DNA of 48,025 nucleotides from Frankiaceae bacterium (GTDB lineage Bacteria; Actinomycetota; Actinomycetes; JAFAQI01): NCBI GenBank assembly GCA_030840585.1, contig JAVEEG010000211.1, positions 1 to 48,025 of the forward strand, read 5' to 3'. Shown piece by piece: positions 9,864 to 19,646 of this stretch (position 1 is its first letter; each line of letters starts with the position of its first letter). The notes under the pieces were generated by a model. It saw only the letters and a program-made list of their open reading frames with translations, ran no database searches and was not told where the DNA came from. The position numbers and the translations under genes were made by a program.

Positions 9864-12800
9864 GACCAGTACGGATCCCATGGGGCGTCGAACTGGCCGA
9901 AGCCGCCGTCGCTGCCGAATTGCACGGGCCAGCCGAAGACATAGCTGTACGACGCCAACCACCACTGGCTGCTCGACGTCGTGTCGTCGTCCTGGAACGG
10001 CCGGACCGGATCCCAATCGAGACCGACTTCGGGACCGACAGCGAAGCGGCCCTCGACCGCCTCCATCTGGACCTCAGCCTTCAAGTCGTGCTTGAACGCG
10101 GACGCGTCCGCGGCCGCCCGTCTCCCGGCGACGTGCGGGTGCTCGCCCATGTCGATGACGAACAACCGCGCCGTCAGCTGCCCGCCGTTGACGTTGACCT
10201 GGACGTCGGATTTGCCCTTGGGTTTGGGTTCACCCGGAGCGTGGATCAAGACCTCCGCCGTCGCGCCGTCGTTGGGCTTCAGCTGCAGGAACCAGATGTC
10301 CGACAGCCCCCACGCCCAGTCGCCCGAACCAGTCCAGGGCGATTCGGGGTCGCCGTCGTTGTCGAGGCCGACCGAACTCCACGCGACGCTGCTGACCCGG
10401 CCGAGCTTCAGCTCGCCGCCGCCGGCCAGGATCCGGGTAACCGGCAGCTGCCATTTCTTCACCTCTTGAGAGCCGAGGAAAATCGTGTCGTCGAAGTCGT
10501 CGCCGTCGAGCTCGTTCACCAGCTCGGGGATCCGCCAGGCGCTACCGAGCATCACGTACGTCGGGAACTGTTCGATCCCGGCGCTGACGTAGCCGGCTTC
10601 TGCAGTCATCGCACCGCGGACCCACTGCGCCGGCTCGGCGCGTACGGCGCCCGGCCCGAAGGTCATGTCGGCCTGGATCTCGGTGGTGCCGGGTCCGAGC
10701 AGAATCGTCGGCTTGTCCGGTGTGCCGCGCAGTCGTAGCCGGATCGCGTCGCGGTTGCTGCCCGGGGCGGGCGAGGTCACCCGGCCTGTGACGTTGAGGC
10801 TGCGATTGCCTCTCGCCGGATCGAGCTCGAGCGCCGCGTGCACCCAGTCGAGCTTCGAGGGCTGCAATGCGAGCACGTCGCTCTGGGCGACCGGGAGGGT
10901 GCTGCCGCGCAACCGATCCGCCGGTTGCGAGCCGGTCCACGCGGACAGCTGGGCCGAGCCGGCGGTGAGCCGGGCCGCGACCGCCGCCACCTCGCCCCGC
11001 CGTTCGGCGGTCATCAGGTCGTCCCGCTGCTCCAACCGCAGTTTCGGGCCGGCCGTCGTAGCGCGCAGCGTATTGGCCGCGTTGTCGGGGGTGACGAGGC
11101 CGACGCGGGCGACCACGACGGAGCCCTTGGCGTCGAGCCGGACGCCGGTCGACTCTGCGGGCGTCCCCACCCGGTACCACCGCAGGACCTCAGGGAGGTT
11201 GGGGTCGGGATTCGACCCGGTGACACTAGTAAGCGCGAGTTCGTGCGCGCTGACCGAGGCTATCGTTCCGCTACCGCGGTGCCAGCTGATCGGCCGCCCG
11301 TGCCAGTCGCCGGGGAACGCCACGTCGATGTCGTCGTCGACGATTTTGGTGCCGTCGGAATTGGCCTTCAACGTGCCGACGTCTCCGCCCAATGCCAGCA
11401 CGAGATTCTCGGGTACCCGGACGTCGGCGTCGACGACCGGTGGCCCGTCGCTCGTCGTCTGGGCGAGCCGCAGCGTCCGGCCTCCCCCGACGACGTGGGC
11501 ACGGACTCGCATGCCACCGCTCTTGCGCCACGACAGGTTCGCCGGGTTGGTCGGGTCGATGGTGCCGGGAACCGGCAGCAGGGCGATCGACGAGTTGGAC
11601 GGCACCTGGTCGATGGAGGCGATCGTCTGGGTGGTCGGCGCTTGATCCTTCAACCACGAGCTGGTGAGAACACGGAGGCCGTCGATGAGCGCGCTGTCCT
11701 CGTGCAAGGTCACCGTGAGTTCCGACGGGCGGTCGCCGTCGTCGCCCGCGTCGTAGCGGCCGGTGTCGCGATCGACACTCGCCAAACCGACCGTGAGGTG
11801 TAACGGCGCGTGCACTCTGTGGACTCGCACCTGCACCGACGAATGGCGTTCCTGGGTCGCACCGCCCGTTGTGACCGGAAGCGTGACCGGCTCCTTGCTG
11901 ATCGTCGACAGCGCTATCCGGGCTGCGGGCAACTCGGCGATGTCCGCACGCACCTCGAACGACACCGTCTCGCCGGCCGGTCGGTGCAGGCTGAAGCTAC
12001 GGAGATAGTCGACGCGCAAGCGGAGCGTGGAGCCGCCCTCGGCGAGCGCGTCGAGTGCGGCGGCGATCCGAGGGCCGGGGCCGACGCCCGGGAGCGACAC
12101 TTTCGTGGGTGCCGTGCGCAGCAACACGCGGCGGATGGTCGATGTCTTGTCGTTGCCCACGGCGGGCGAGTCAGTGGCGGCCTTCGGCAACGCCGGCGCG
12201 TTCGACCACGAGCCGACCGCAACATCGACCTCCGCGTCTTCCTGACGCTTCCCGGCGTCGGGGGCCAGATCTGGGTCGTCGGTGTGCGGGCTGACTAACC
12301 GGATCGCGACGTTGGCCGGCAAACCTTCGACGACGACGGCCGTACCCGTCGTCGTCTTTTTCTTCGCGTCGGTCAGGGCGAGGTTGGCCTGTAGGTCGGC
12401 TGCGCCGCTCGCCGTCCATCCCAGCTGCAACACGTCGACGGGGTAGCCGACCCGCTTCTCCGGTGCGGCGTGCAAGGCGACGCTCACCTGGTTGGGGAGG
12501 TGGACCGCGAGATCGTCGACCTGCAACGCCGGCGGCAAGCGCACGTGACCGGTGACGGTCGTGGCTGCGGTCGCGTTCCAAGTGACCGTGGCGAGGGTCG
12601 CCACGTCGAGAGCGGCGACCGCATCCACGTGCGGCAAAGGTGCCAGGTCGAGATGGATGTCGGTGTTGCTGCGCGGCTGGGTGAAGTCGACGGTGAGCGG
12701 AGTTGCGCTGGCTTTCCAGGACAGCGTGAACGGGGTGGTGTTGCCGCGGTTCGGGTGCAGTGACGCGCTGCCCGATGCCGGAAGTTGCAGTCCGGCGACA

Positions 12801-14089
12801 TTCAGGATGGTGTCGGGATCGGTGTTGGTCGGCAGCGATTCGTCGTAGGTACGCACCTTGACCGGCAACGGCAGCGGCGCCGGGCTCACCGTCGTCGTCG
12901 CGGTCCCCCACGCTAGATCTAGCGACAGCGGCAACGGCGGCGTAGTGCTCGCCTCTGCATTGGCGAGGGCGACGTTGGTCGGAATGGTGTCGGTCAGCGC
13001 GGCGCCGGCGCCAACATCGCCAATCGGCACTGGCCGGGACCCACCTTCCGGGCCGAGTTGCGACCGGTAGATCCGCCACGTCGAGAACGTTCCCGTCGAG
13101 GGCTTGGCCGGCGCGGTGACGGTCACCGACGAGCCCACTGCGGCGTGGACGAGATCGGACGGCGCGCCCGCGCCGGACTCCGTGCCGTCGGGACGGATGA
13201 CGGCCGCGAGATAGCGATAGGAGCGGGCCGGATCGGGTGTCGACGGGTTGGCGGTGACGGGAGGCCGGGTCGGCGCCGACCACGGCGTAGTGACCGTCGC
13301 GCCCACGTGCACCGGCTTCGGCGTACCACTGAGATCGAGGTCGATGCGGCTGCCGGTCGACGGTTGATCGGTGTCGACTGTCAGCGCCTGGTTGACGAGT
13401 TGCAGGGTGACCACGGGGTCGCCCAGTACGCCGAGCACGCCCGCGAGACTGATCAGCGATTGCAGCGTCGACTTCAACGGCGCCGGGAGACCTGCGGTGC
13501 CGACGGACGTGCCGAACCAGGCCGGATGTACGACGGTGGGCGCGTCAGTGAGCCAGACGCTGACCGGTACGCCGACGGGTTCCACGACGAGCGACACTGT
13601 CGCGGTGCTGGTCACGCCGTCGCCGGAGATGGGCAGCTCTGCCTTGAGTTGCACATGCCCGGGGAGGTCGGCGATGCCTTGGCCGAGCGAGAGCACGATC
13701 ACCGATAACCGCGGCGGCGCGCTGCCCGAGAACACCACCGTCTGGTCCGGGCTCACGACCAGTTCGAGCCGCGGGTCGACGAGGGCGGCGATCTTCGCTT
13801 TGTCGATGGTGATGTCGAACGTCACCGAGAGCGTGCCGCTGGCAACGGCGGCGAGGTCGATCGTTGCTGTGACCGTCCCTTGACCCTGACCGACCGACGT
13901 GCCGGCCGCGGCGCCGGTGAAGAAGATCGGGACGGGGATGGCGGATCCGGTGCTGAAGGGGACGAGTGTGTAGTTCCACGTTGGCGGCGAGCCCGCGCCA
14001 GCCCGCACATAACACGACACGAGCTTGCTGGCCTGGTTGCCGGCGGCGCCGAGCACCGATCCGAGATCGCCCAGCAGATCGTCGTCCAC
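9860..14089 (-). CDS. Large (1409 aa) beta-strand-rich hypothetical protein
   Basis: GTG at 14089 after GGAGGG; long ORF with high GC3; Val/Thr/Ala/Pro-rich; FN3-like segment YRYLAAV..GTES..WRIYRS. Confidence 0.8.
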   Translation of the reverse strand: MDDDLLGDLGSVLGAAGNQASKLVSCYVRAGAGSPPTWNYTLVPFSTGSAIPVPIFFTGAAAGTSVGQGQGTVTATIDLAAVASGTLSVTFDITIDKAKIAALVDPRLELVVSPDQTVVFSGSAPPRLSVIVLSLGQGIADLPGHVQLKAELPISGDGVTSTATVSLVVEPVGVPVSVWLTDAPTVVHPAWFGTSVGTAGLPAPLKSTLQSLISLAGVLGVLGDPVVTLQLVNQALTVDTDQPSTGSRIDLDLSGTPKPVHVGATVTTPWSAPTRPPVTANPSTPDPARSYRYLAAVIRPDGTESGAGAPSDLVHAAVGSSVTVTAPAKPSTGTFSTWRIYRSQLGPEGGSRPVPIGDVGAGAALTDTIPTNVALANAEASTTPPLPLSLDLAWGTATTTVSPAPLPLPVKVRTYDESLPTNTDPDTILNVAGLQLPASGSASLHPNRGNTTPFTLSWKASATPLTVDFTQPRSNTDIHLDLAPLPHVDAVAALDVATLATVTWNATAATTVTGHVRLPPALQVDDLAVHLPNQVSVALHAAPEKRVGYPVDVLQLGWTASGAADLQANLALTDAKKKTTTGTAVVVEGLPANVAIRLVSPHTDDPDLAPDAGKRQEDAEVDVAVGSWSNAPALPKAATDSPAVGNDKTSTIRRVLLRTAPTKVSLPGVGPGPRIAAALDALAEGGSTLRLRVDYLRSFSLHRPAGETVSFEVRADIAELPAARIALSTISKEPVTLPVTTGGATQERHSSVQVRVHRVHAPLHLTVGLASVDRDTGRYDAGDDGDRPSELTVTLHEDSALIDGLRVLTSSWLKDQAPTTQTIASIDQVPSNSSIALLPVPGTIDPTNPANLSWRKSGGMRVRAHVVGGGRTLRLAQTTSDGPPVVDADVRVPENLVLALGGDVGTLKANSDGTKIVDDDIDVAFPGDWHGRPISWHRGSGTIASVSAHELALTSVTGSNPDPNLPEVLRWYRVGTPAESTGVRLDAKGSVVVARVGLVTPDNAANTLRATTAGPKLRLEQRDDLMTAERRGEVAAVAARLTAGSAQLSAWTGSQPADRLRGSTLPVAQSDVLALQPSKLDWVHAALELDPARGNRSLNVTGRVTSPAPGSNRDAIRLRLRGTPDKPTILLGPGTTEIQADMTFGPGAVRAEPAQWVRGAMTAEAGYVSAGIEQFPTYVMLGSAWRIPELVNELDGDDFDDTIFLGSQEVKKWQLPVTRILAGGGELKLGRVSSVAWSSVGLDNDGDPESPWTGSGDWAWGLSDIWFLQLKPNDGATAEVLIHAPGEPKPKGKSDVQVNVNGGQLTARLFVIDMGEHPHVAGRRAAADASAFKHDLKAEVQMEAVEGRFAVGPEVGLDWDPVRPFQDDDTTSSSQWWLASYSYVFGWPVQFGSDGGFGQFDAPWDPYWS

Positions 14090-14242
14090 TCTTCGCCCTC
14101 CGAAGCCCCGCAGCGTCGACTGCGGGCACCGTAGCGCAGTTACACCGTTTGCGCGGTTCGTGGCGATCAGGCGGTTTCGGCCGAACTTGTGGCGACGGGT
14201 CGGGAGGGGCAGCGGCGCGCTCGCCACTGCCCCTCCAAGGCG

Positions 14243-14641
14243 TCACGACGGCAGCAGCCTCCGCACGGCACGGCGGGAACGCGACTGCTGGCTTTCCAGC
14301 GGCGCGTCCGGCGTTGCTGCGACCAGGTCTGCGTGCGGCGTCAGCCGCTCCAGCGCAGCGAGGATGAAGAAGCCGTCCGGCTCGGTCGCGATGTGATGCA
14401 GGACGAGCGGAACGATCGCCGGCCCCAGTTCGATCAGTTGCTCGAACTCGGGCCCGCGGGCGTAGTCGCGAGTGTCCGAACTGAGCATCGCGCCGCTGGT
14501 CTGCCAGCTCGCTTTCCAAGTGCCGACCCTGCGGTCGAACTCGCGCCGAACGTCACGCGGGACGCCGGCGGCGAGCTGCGTTGCTGCCTCGACCTCGTCG
14601 GCGGTCAACTCTTCGGAGTCGCCAAAATTTGGTCTGGTCAT
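14243..14641 (-). CDS. Small helical hypothetical protein (candidate immunity/partner)
   Basis: ATG 14641 after GGGAGAG; WKASW..SSDT..EFEQLIELGPAIVPLV. Confidence 0.75.
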   Translation of the reverse strand: MTRPNFGDSEELTADEVEAATQLAAGVPRDVRREFDRRVGTWKASWQTSGAMLSSDTRDYARGPEFEQLIELGPAIVPLVLHHIATEPDGFFILAALERLTPHADLVAATPDAPLESQQSRSRRAVRRLLPS

Positions 14642-14651
14642 GATCTCTCCC

Positions 14652-15080
14652 TCAAGTGAAGCTGGTGACGACTCGTCCGTACGTGGCTCCGGTGAGCTCG
14701 CCGCGGCCATGGGTGATGCGCCAGCTTGACCCGAGCTTGGACTCCCAGAGCGGGGGCGGCTGCGAGGTGGACGTCCTGCTGCCGTGCGTCATGGTGGTGA
14801 TGACCGGTCCGACCTGTGGGGTCGCCCACCCGTCGATGGTCGCGTTCGGCGCGTTCGCCACCACGGTCGGATGGTTGTACGGCGGTCCGTTGTAGAGCGC
14901 CTGGAACGGGCCGAGCGGTTGGGGCGGGTTGATCCAGGCGTTGAGCACGCCAAGGCTGTACGCGATGCAGTTGTAAACCGGCGTCTGGTTGTCGGTGATC
15001 CAGACATTGTTCGCGACCAGGTTCGGGAACCAGTTCGTGAGCTGCGCCCACTCGATCTGCGATGGTCGGCGAGGAGGCAT
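14652..15080 (-). CDS. DUF7689-like Cys/His protein (putative papain/NlpC-fold enzyme)
   Basis: YNCIAYSLG, THGSR, WESKLG, ITHG..L.G..YG; TGATG overlap with the upstream gene; family name recalled, not searched. Confidence 0.65.
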   Translation of the reverse strand: MPPRRPSQIEWAQLTNWFPNLVANNVWITDNQTPVYNCIAYSLGVLNAWINPPQPLGPFQALYNGPPYNHPTVVANAPNATIDGWATPQVGPVITTMTHGSRTSTSQPPPLWESKLGSSWRITHGRGELTGATYGRVVTSFT

Positions 15081-16372
15081 CAGGCACCCCCGGCGATGTT
15101 CGGAGGGACCGTCCATGCGGACTTCATCCCGATGATCATCGGCCAGTTCGCGGTGGACGCGATGGTGAGGTCCGAACCGTTCACCGAGACCTTCGAACTC
15201 GTCGTCTCACCGCTCGTCTCGCTGCCGAAGAAGAAGGGTCCGATCTCGATGCCGCCTTCCGCGGTCCACTTGTCCTGCATGAACGACGCGAAGTCGTTGC
15301 TGACGGTCACCGTGATGGTCGGTCGATAGGCGACGACGAGAGCCGTGTAGATGCGGGCCAACGCGCCGCCTGCGCCGAAGAAGAAGTTGTTGCTCCCGGA
15401 CTCGAACTCGGAGAAGCCCGTCGAATACGGCCCGTTCGCGAAGCTCTTGATCGAAGCGCCGCTGAACCACTGATCCGGCAGCACCGGAATCGTGGCCAGA
15501 TCCTGGAAGCTGAAGTTCACGGTGTACTGGTCCGAGTACTGCGTCCAGTCGACGTGGCTGTAGGTGCCGCCGGCTTCGAACCCGAAGAAGTCGTCCCAGA
15601 GACCGCCACCACCCTCGGCGTAGTACTCGTTGTAGCTGTACGTCGATGAGCTGTTGTTCAGGCTGAACGAACGCGCGCTTCCCGCCGTCGCGTCGCCACC
15701 GAAGTTGTTCCCGGTGATCGCCTCGACGTAGGTGTACGGCGTGACCGGCGTCGTGCCCCAGATCCGCACCTGGATTGATTTCTGACTGTTCGGGTCGGTG
15801 ACCCCGGTCTGGTAGTCGGCGTCGTTGTAGTCGCTGAGGATTTGTTGCAGCGGGCTTTCGATCTCCGTCTGGTAATTGGCGAGCTCGGTCTGCAAGCCGC
15901 TCAGGGCGTTCTCGTCCGTCGTGAGCTGCGCGGAATAGCCCGGGTTACTCGTCAGCCAGGCCGCGAAGGTCGGGCCGGTCCCGCCGGTCTGGTTCTTCCA
16001 GATGTTGTTCAGGCTGGCGAGGTCGCCCTGCACCTTGCTCGCGGCCGCGTAGACCTGCTGCTGAAGCTTCAGGTACTGCGAGTCACTGGCCAGATCGCCG
16101 ATCGCGAGGGTGTTCATCCACGTCTGGTAGGCGCGGTCGAAGCCGCTGGTCGCGGCCGGGCTGGTGTTGGTGTTCAGGAACGGGGCGCCGGGAACGACGT
16201 TCAGCATCGACCATTGCTCGTAGGAGTACGACCCGACCACTGGCTGCTGGCCGCCCCAGTCCCACGGCATGAATGGGTAGATCGCTTGCAGCGCCTCGCC
16301 GGGCTGCAACGCGACCAGCGTGTTCACCTGCTCCAGGTACTGCAGCCACAGGGTTGACTGGTCGTCAGCCAT
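15080..16372 (-). CDS. Hypothetical protein with coiled coil and two Ser/Thr/Gly/aromatic beta-hairpin-like segments (pore-forming-toxin-like)
   Basis: ATG 16372 after GGAGG; strong coding bias; function is inference. Confidence 0.75.
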   Translation of the reverse strand: MADDQSTLWLQYLEQVNTLVALQPGEALQAIYPFMPWDWGGQQPVVGSYSYEQWSMLNVVPGAPFLNTNTSPAATSGFDRAYQTWMNTLAIGDLASDSQYLKLQQQVYAAASKVQGDLASLNNIWKNQTGGTGPTFAAWLTSNPGYSAQLTTDENALSGLQTELANYQTEIESPLQQILSDYNDADYQTGVTDPNSQKSIQVRIWGTTPVTPYTYVEAITGNNFGGDATAGSARSFSLNNSSSTYSYNEYYAEGGGGLWDDFFGFEAGGTYSHVDWTQYSDQYTVNFSFQDLATIPVLPDQWFSGASIKSFANGPYSTGFSEFESGSNNFFFGAGGALARIYTALVVAYRPTITVTVSNDFASFMQDKWTAEGGIEIGPFFFGSETSGETTSSKVSVNGSDLTIASTANWPMIIGMKSAWTVPPNIAGGA

Positions 16373-16580
16373 GAATGTCCTCCGTGATGTCCGAACCCGG
16401 CGGATGCGCGGGCTGCGGACAGACTGGGCGTTCGCAAACCGGGACACAACATGCCAAGGGATGAACCTGGAGATGCATTCGCAAGAACGAGGCGCGATGG
16501 CTACATAGTCGTCAGAATGACTCATGTCGCCGCGACTCATGCGTCTTGACCAAAACGGGACTCTCTCGGGGAAGTGCCAC

Positions 16581-17039
16581 GTGTACGAACGCAGATATCT
16601 TTCGCCCGCGCAGCTCCAGCACGAGCTGGACCTTCCGGCCGACGTCGTCAGTGAGTTGATCCACAGCGGCCGACTGCCCGCGTTCCGCATCGGCGGGCGT
16701 TGGCGGATCGACCGGCGTCGACTAGAGCAATTCGTCGACCAACTAACCGAAGAAGCCGCCGCCGAGCCGCACCTGGTCGTCGACACCAATGACGCACGCG
16801 GAACGCACTTCACGGACAAGCAGTATTCGATCATCCGTCTCGTTGGCGAGGGGATGTCGAACGCGGAGATCGCTGATCATCTGTCCGTCGAGATCAGCAC
16901 CGTCAAGAGTCATGTGTCGCGCATCCTGCAGCGATACGACCTGCGCGATCGCGAACAACTGATCGCGCATGCGTGGCGAAACGGGCTGATGGAAGCCGCC
17001 GCCGGCCAGCCGGAGTCCGCGCCGCAGGTCACGGCATAG
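16581..17039 (+). CDS. Excisionase-like HTH fused to a LuxR C-terminal HTH regulator
   Basis: IHSGRLPAFRIGGRWRIDR (HTH_17-like); GMSNAEIADHLSVEISTVKSHVSRIL (LuxR); GTG start inferred. Confidence 0.85.
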   Translation: MYERRYLSPAQLQHELDLPADVVSELIHSGRLPAFRIGGRWRIDRRRLEQFVDQLTEEAAAEPHLVVDTNDARGTHFTDKQYSIIRLVGEGMSNAEIADHLSVEISTVKSHVSRILQRYDLRDREQLIAHAWRNGLMEAAAGQPESAPQVTA

Positions 17040-17108
17040 GCACGGCGGCGCTCGTCCCGCTTAGAGCGAGGGGCGCCAATGGCAACGGCTCTAGCAGGCC
17101 GCGCTCAG

Positions 17109-18056
17109 TTAGGACAGCTTGAAGTCCGCGCTGTGGCTGTCATCGTTGTCGAGTGTGAACGTCAACGTGTAGCACCCGACCCGCTTGGGCGTTTGCCAGT
17201 TGAAGACGAACTGGTTGGCGGTCGTGTCGTAGCGCAGCGCGGTACCTCCGGTCGCCGTCACTTCCAGAGCATCAGGAGTGTCGGTCGGATCACAGTTGGT
17301 CGCCGTAGCCGTGATCGACTTCACGACGGAGAGTGAGGTGACGTAGGCGCCGTTCGCATCCTTCACCTGGAACTTGACCGGATAGGTCTTGCCGCCCTTG
17401 CCGGTGTTGACCAGCGGCGGATTGTTCACCGGCGACTGGAATCCGATGAAGGTGTACGTCGGTGCCGGTGGCGTCGGTGGGGCGACGTAGGTCTTGAACG
17501 CCATGTCATTACCCGCTCGGTTCACTCCCCAGCCGGAACCAGCATCGACTACCGCGGTGCCGCCGGAGTACGAGTCCACGAACAGACTGCTCGCCCAGAT
17601 GTAGGCGGTGTCACCAGGCGACGGAGCCGGCGAGACGAGCACAATGGCGTACTGCGTGCCGGCGGTGACCGGTACCGCGGGCGAGATCGCGACCTGGACC
17701 CAGTCCGGTGAGCCGGTGTTCACACTGCTTCGCGGGATGACCGCGGTTGCGAGGGTCGTCGCCGGTAGCCCTGATGACGTGCTCGTGATCAGGGCCGTCA
17801 GCGTCGGCACCGACGCAGCCGTCTGGTACCCGATGTCGAGGTCGACCTGATCGAGATTGCCCGTTGCCCCCGCGGTGAACGTCTCCCCGAGGGTCTGGTT
17901 GCTGAATATTCCGATGGTGTAGCCGGCGTCGGCCGACGACTGATCAAGCACGTGTCCGGCGGCTCCCGCTCCCCCGGGGCCTGGCAGCAGGCTCAGGCCG
18001 GCGGCAGCAACCGCCGCAACTCGGAGAAAGCGGCCTCGTGCAGTGCAGTGCGTCAT
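17109..18056 (-). CDS. Secreted PxKF-domain protein
   Basis: Signal peptide; beta-sandwich N-domain; C-terminal YTFIGFQSPV..KGGKTYPVKF..QFVFNWQT. Confidence 0.8.
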   Translation of the reverse strand: MTHCTARGRFLRVAAVAAAGLSLLPGPGGAGAAGHVLDQSSADAGYTIGIFSNQTLGETFTAGATGNLDQVDLDIGYQTAASVPTLTALITSTSSGLPATTLATAVIPRSSVNTGSPDWVQVAISPAVPVTAGTQYAIVLVSPAPSPGDTAYIWASSLFVDSYSGGTAVVDAGSGWGVNRAGNDMAFKTYVAPPTPPAPTYTFIGFQSPVNNPPLVNTGKGGKTYPVKFQVKDANGAYVTSLSVVKSITATATNCDPTDTPDALEVTATGGTALRYDTTANQFVFNWQTPKRVGCYTLTFTLDNDDSHSADFKLS

Positions 18057-18271
18057 CGGTCCACCCCCGCCCGGGTGATGCCGGTAACCGTCGTACCGGT
18101 CGATCACCACCGGAACGGAGCGCACACTATTCAACCGTGGCCGGTACGGCCATAGCTCGCGAACAACATGATCAATCGTTGGTCAGGTGCGGGATCTCGA
18201 TGGCCTCGACGGACTAGAGGAACATCGCAACCCGCGTCTGAATGGCTAGTCGGTACGCCGCACGCCGACTA

Positions 18272-18931
18272 TCACCACGTTGCGGAATTGCCGTGCGGCG
18301 GGCAGTCGTAGATCGGGTTGAGCCTCGGCGCCAGCGGGTCCAAGAGGTAGACATCGCCGTCCGGCTTGATCGTCACCGGGCCGTAGCTGCCGGCGTTCGC
18401 GGCGAGGACCGGGCACGCCGCCGGATCGACGTACGGGGCAAGCAGGTCTGTGACCGGGGCGAGGAGCGCGTGCAGGGCGGCGACGAAATCGGCGGGCGGC
18501 GGGCATGCGCATCCGAACGAGAGCGTGCAATTCCATCCGGTGTCGGTTCCGTCCGCGAAGACCGCCCGCTGGCAGAGGCTTTCCTGAGACAGCGGCGGGA
18601 TGGTGAACGAAATCGTGTCGACGCCGGCTTGTACGCCGATGCCGCTGTAGCTGAACGTCGTGCCGGGTGCAGGTACGTCGTTGAACCGAATCTGGCAGCT
18701 GACCGTCGCGTCGACCGGCAGCCCGGCCGCGTCCTGGGTGAACGACTGATCGCCGATGGCGCCGATGGCGTTGCCTCCTGTCTCATTCGTGGCGACGACT
18801 TCATCGCTGGTGAAGAAACAGCCGCCTCGGATCGTGTCGCCGCCGGCCGCGCTGGCCACCGGTGCGACCGCCACGACGGTTGCGCTGGCCATCACACCGA
18901 CGAGCAGCATCCTGGTCAGATTCCATCGCAT
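18272..18931 (-). CDS. Secreted Cys-rich hypothetical protein
   Basis: Signal peptide ending ASA; GGC, VSCQI, LCQR, ACPVL, YDCPP. Confidence 0.75.
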   Translation of the reverse strand: MRWNLTRMLLVGVMASATVVAVAPVASAAGGDTIRGGCFFTSDEVVATNETGGNAIGAIGDQSFTQDAAGLPVDATVSCQIRFNDVPAPGTTFSYSGIGVQAGVDTISFTIPPLSQESLCQRAVFADGTDTGWNCTLSFGCACPPPADFVAALHALLAPVTDLLAPYVDPAACPVLAANAGSYGPVTIKPDGDVYLLDPLAPRLNPIYDCPPHGNSATW

Positions 18932-19119
18932 GACCGCACTCCGTTCTCTGGGCGGACAGTCCCGTTTGGGTGCAATACCGACCGGCGGGTCGATCGCTTA
19001 CGCGTGTGATCCCGTCCGGTATCCGCTCAAGCAGCCAGCGGCCGCGCTCGTCGATCGCGCCGAGATCACTCCGAACCGCCACGCCCGGCCGTTCCTCCGC
19101 GTCCCGTCGGAGACGAACC

Positions 19120-19145
19120 GGCCCGGGCCACGTATGGCCCGGGCC
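19120..19145 (-). terminator. Hairpin downstream of ssrA
   Basis: ggcccgggcca-cgta-tggcccgggcc, perfect 11-bp stem. Confidence 0.55.
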
Positions 19146-19179
19146 AAACGGACACCGGTTCGTATCGGCCTACATCAAG

Positions 19180-19535
19180 TGGAGGTGGCGGGAATCGAAC
19201 CCGCGTCCTTCGGCGGTTCGTCAAGGCTTCTCCGGGCGCAGCCTGCTGCAGTTTTCTCGGCCCCGGCAGTGGCGCAGGCACCCTGCCGCAGGCTCAGTCA
19301 CTGTTTGATTTCCCTGCCGACCCCGTGACCGGGTCGACCGGTGGAGCCCTCTATCGACGCCAGGTTCCAGGGCGAGGGCGCCCCTGGGCTGACGGTTCCG
19401 CTACGGGTTAGGCAGCGAGAACGAGATGCTGGTTATCGGCATCTATTGGTTTGCCGCGATGGATTTACGAGCTCACGCGACATCCTCGGCCCGCTTCACT
19501 TGACTCATCGACCGAAGTCGAAACCGTTCACCCCC
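19180..19535 (-). ncRNA. ssrA: tmRNA; tag reading frame 19440..19408 encodes (A)ADNQHLVLAA
   Basis: 5' GGGGGTGAACGGTTTCGAC, 3' GCGGGTTCGATTCCCGCCACCTCCA with a G3-U pair; tag ends LAA-stop; directly downstream of smpB. Confidence 0.97.
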
Positions 19536-19646
19536 GGGATCGGGATTGGACTGACTAGGACATCAACGAGTCTACGCCGCCCGCAATCGCGCGGATGTTC
19601 GCGTAGAAGCGAACCAGCGCGCGATTGCCCCTAGAAGCAGCGACAG

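Noticed and set aside
16581-16760. Excisionase indicating a prophage or ICE
   Set aside because: Fused to LuxR, with no integrase or phage structural genes in the window
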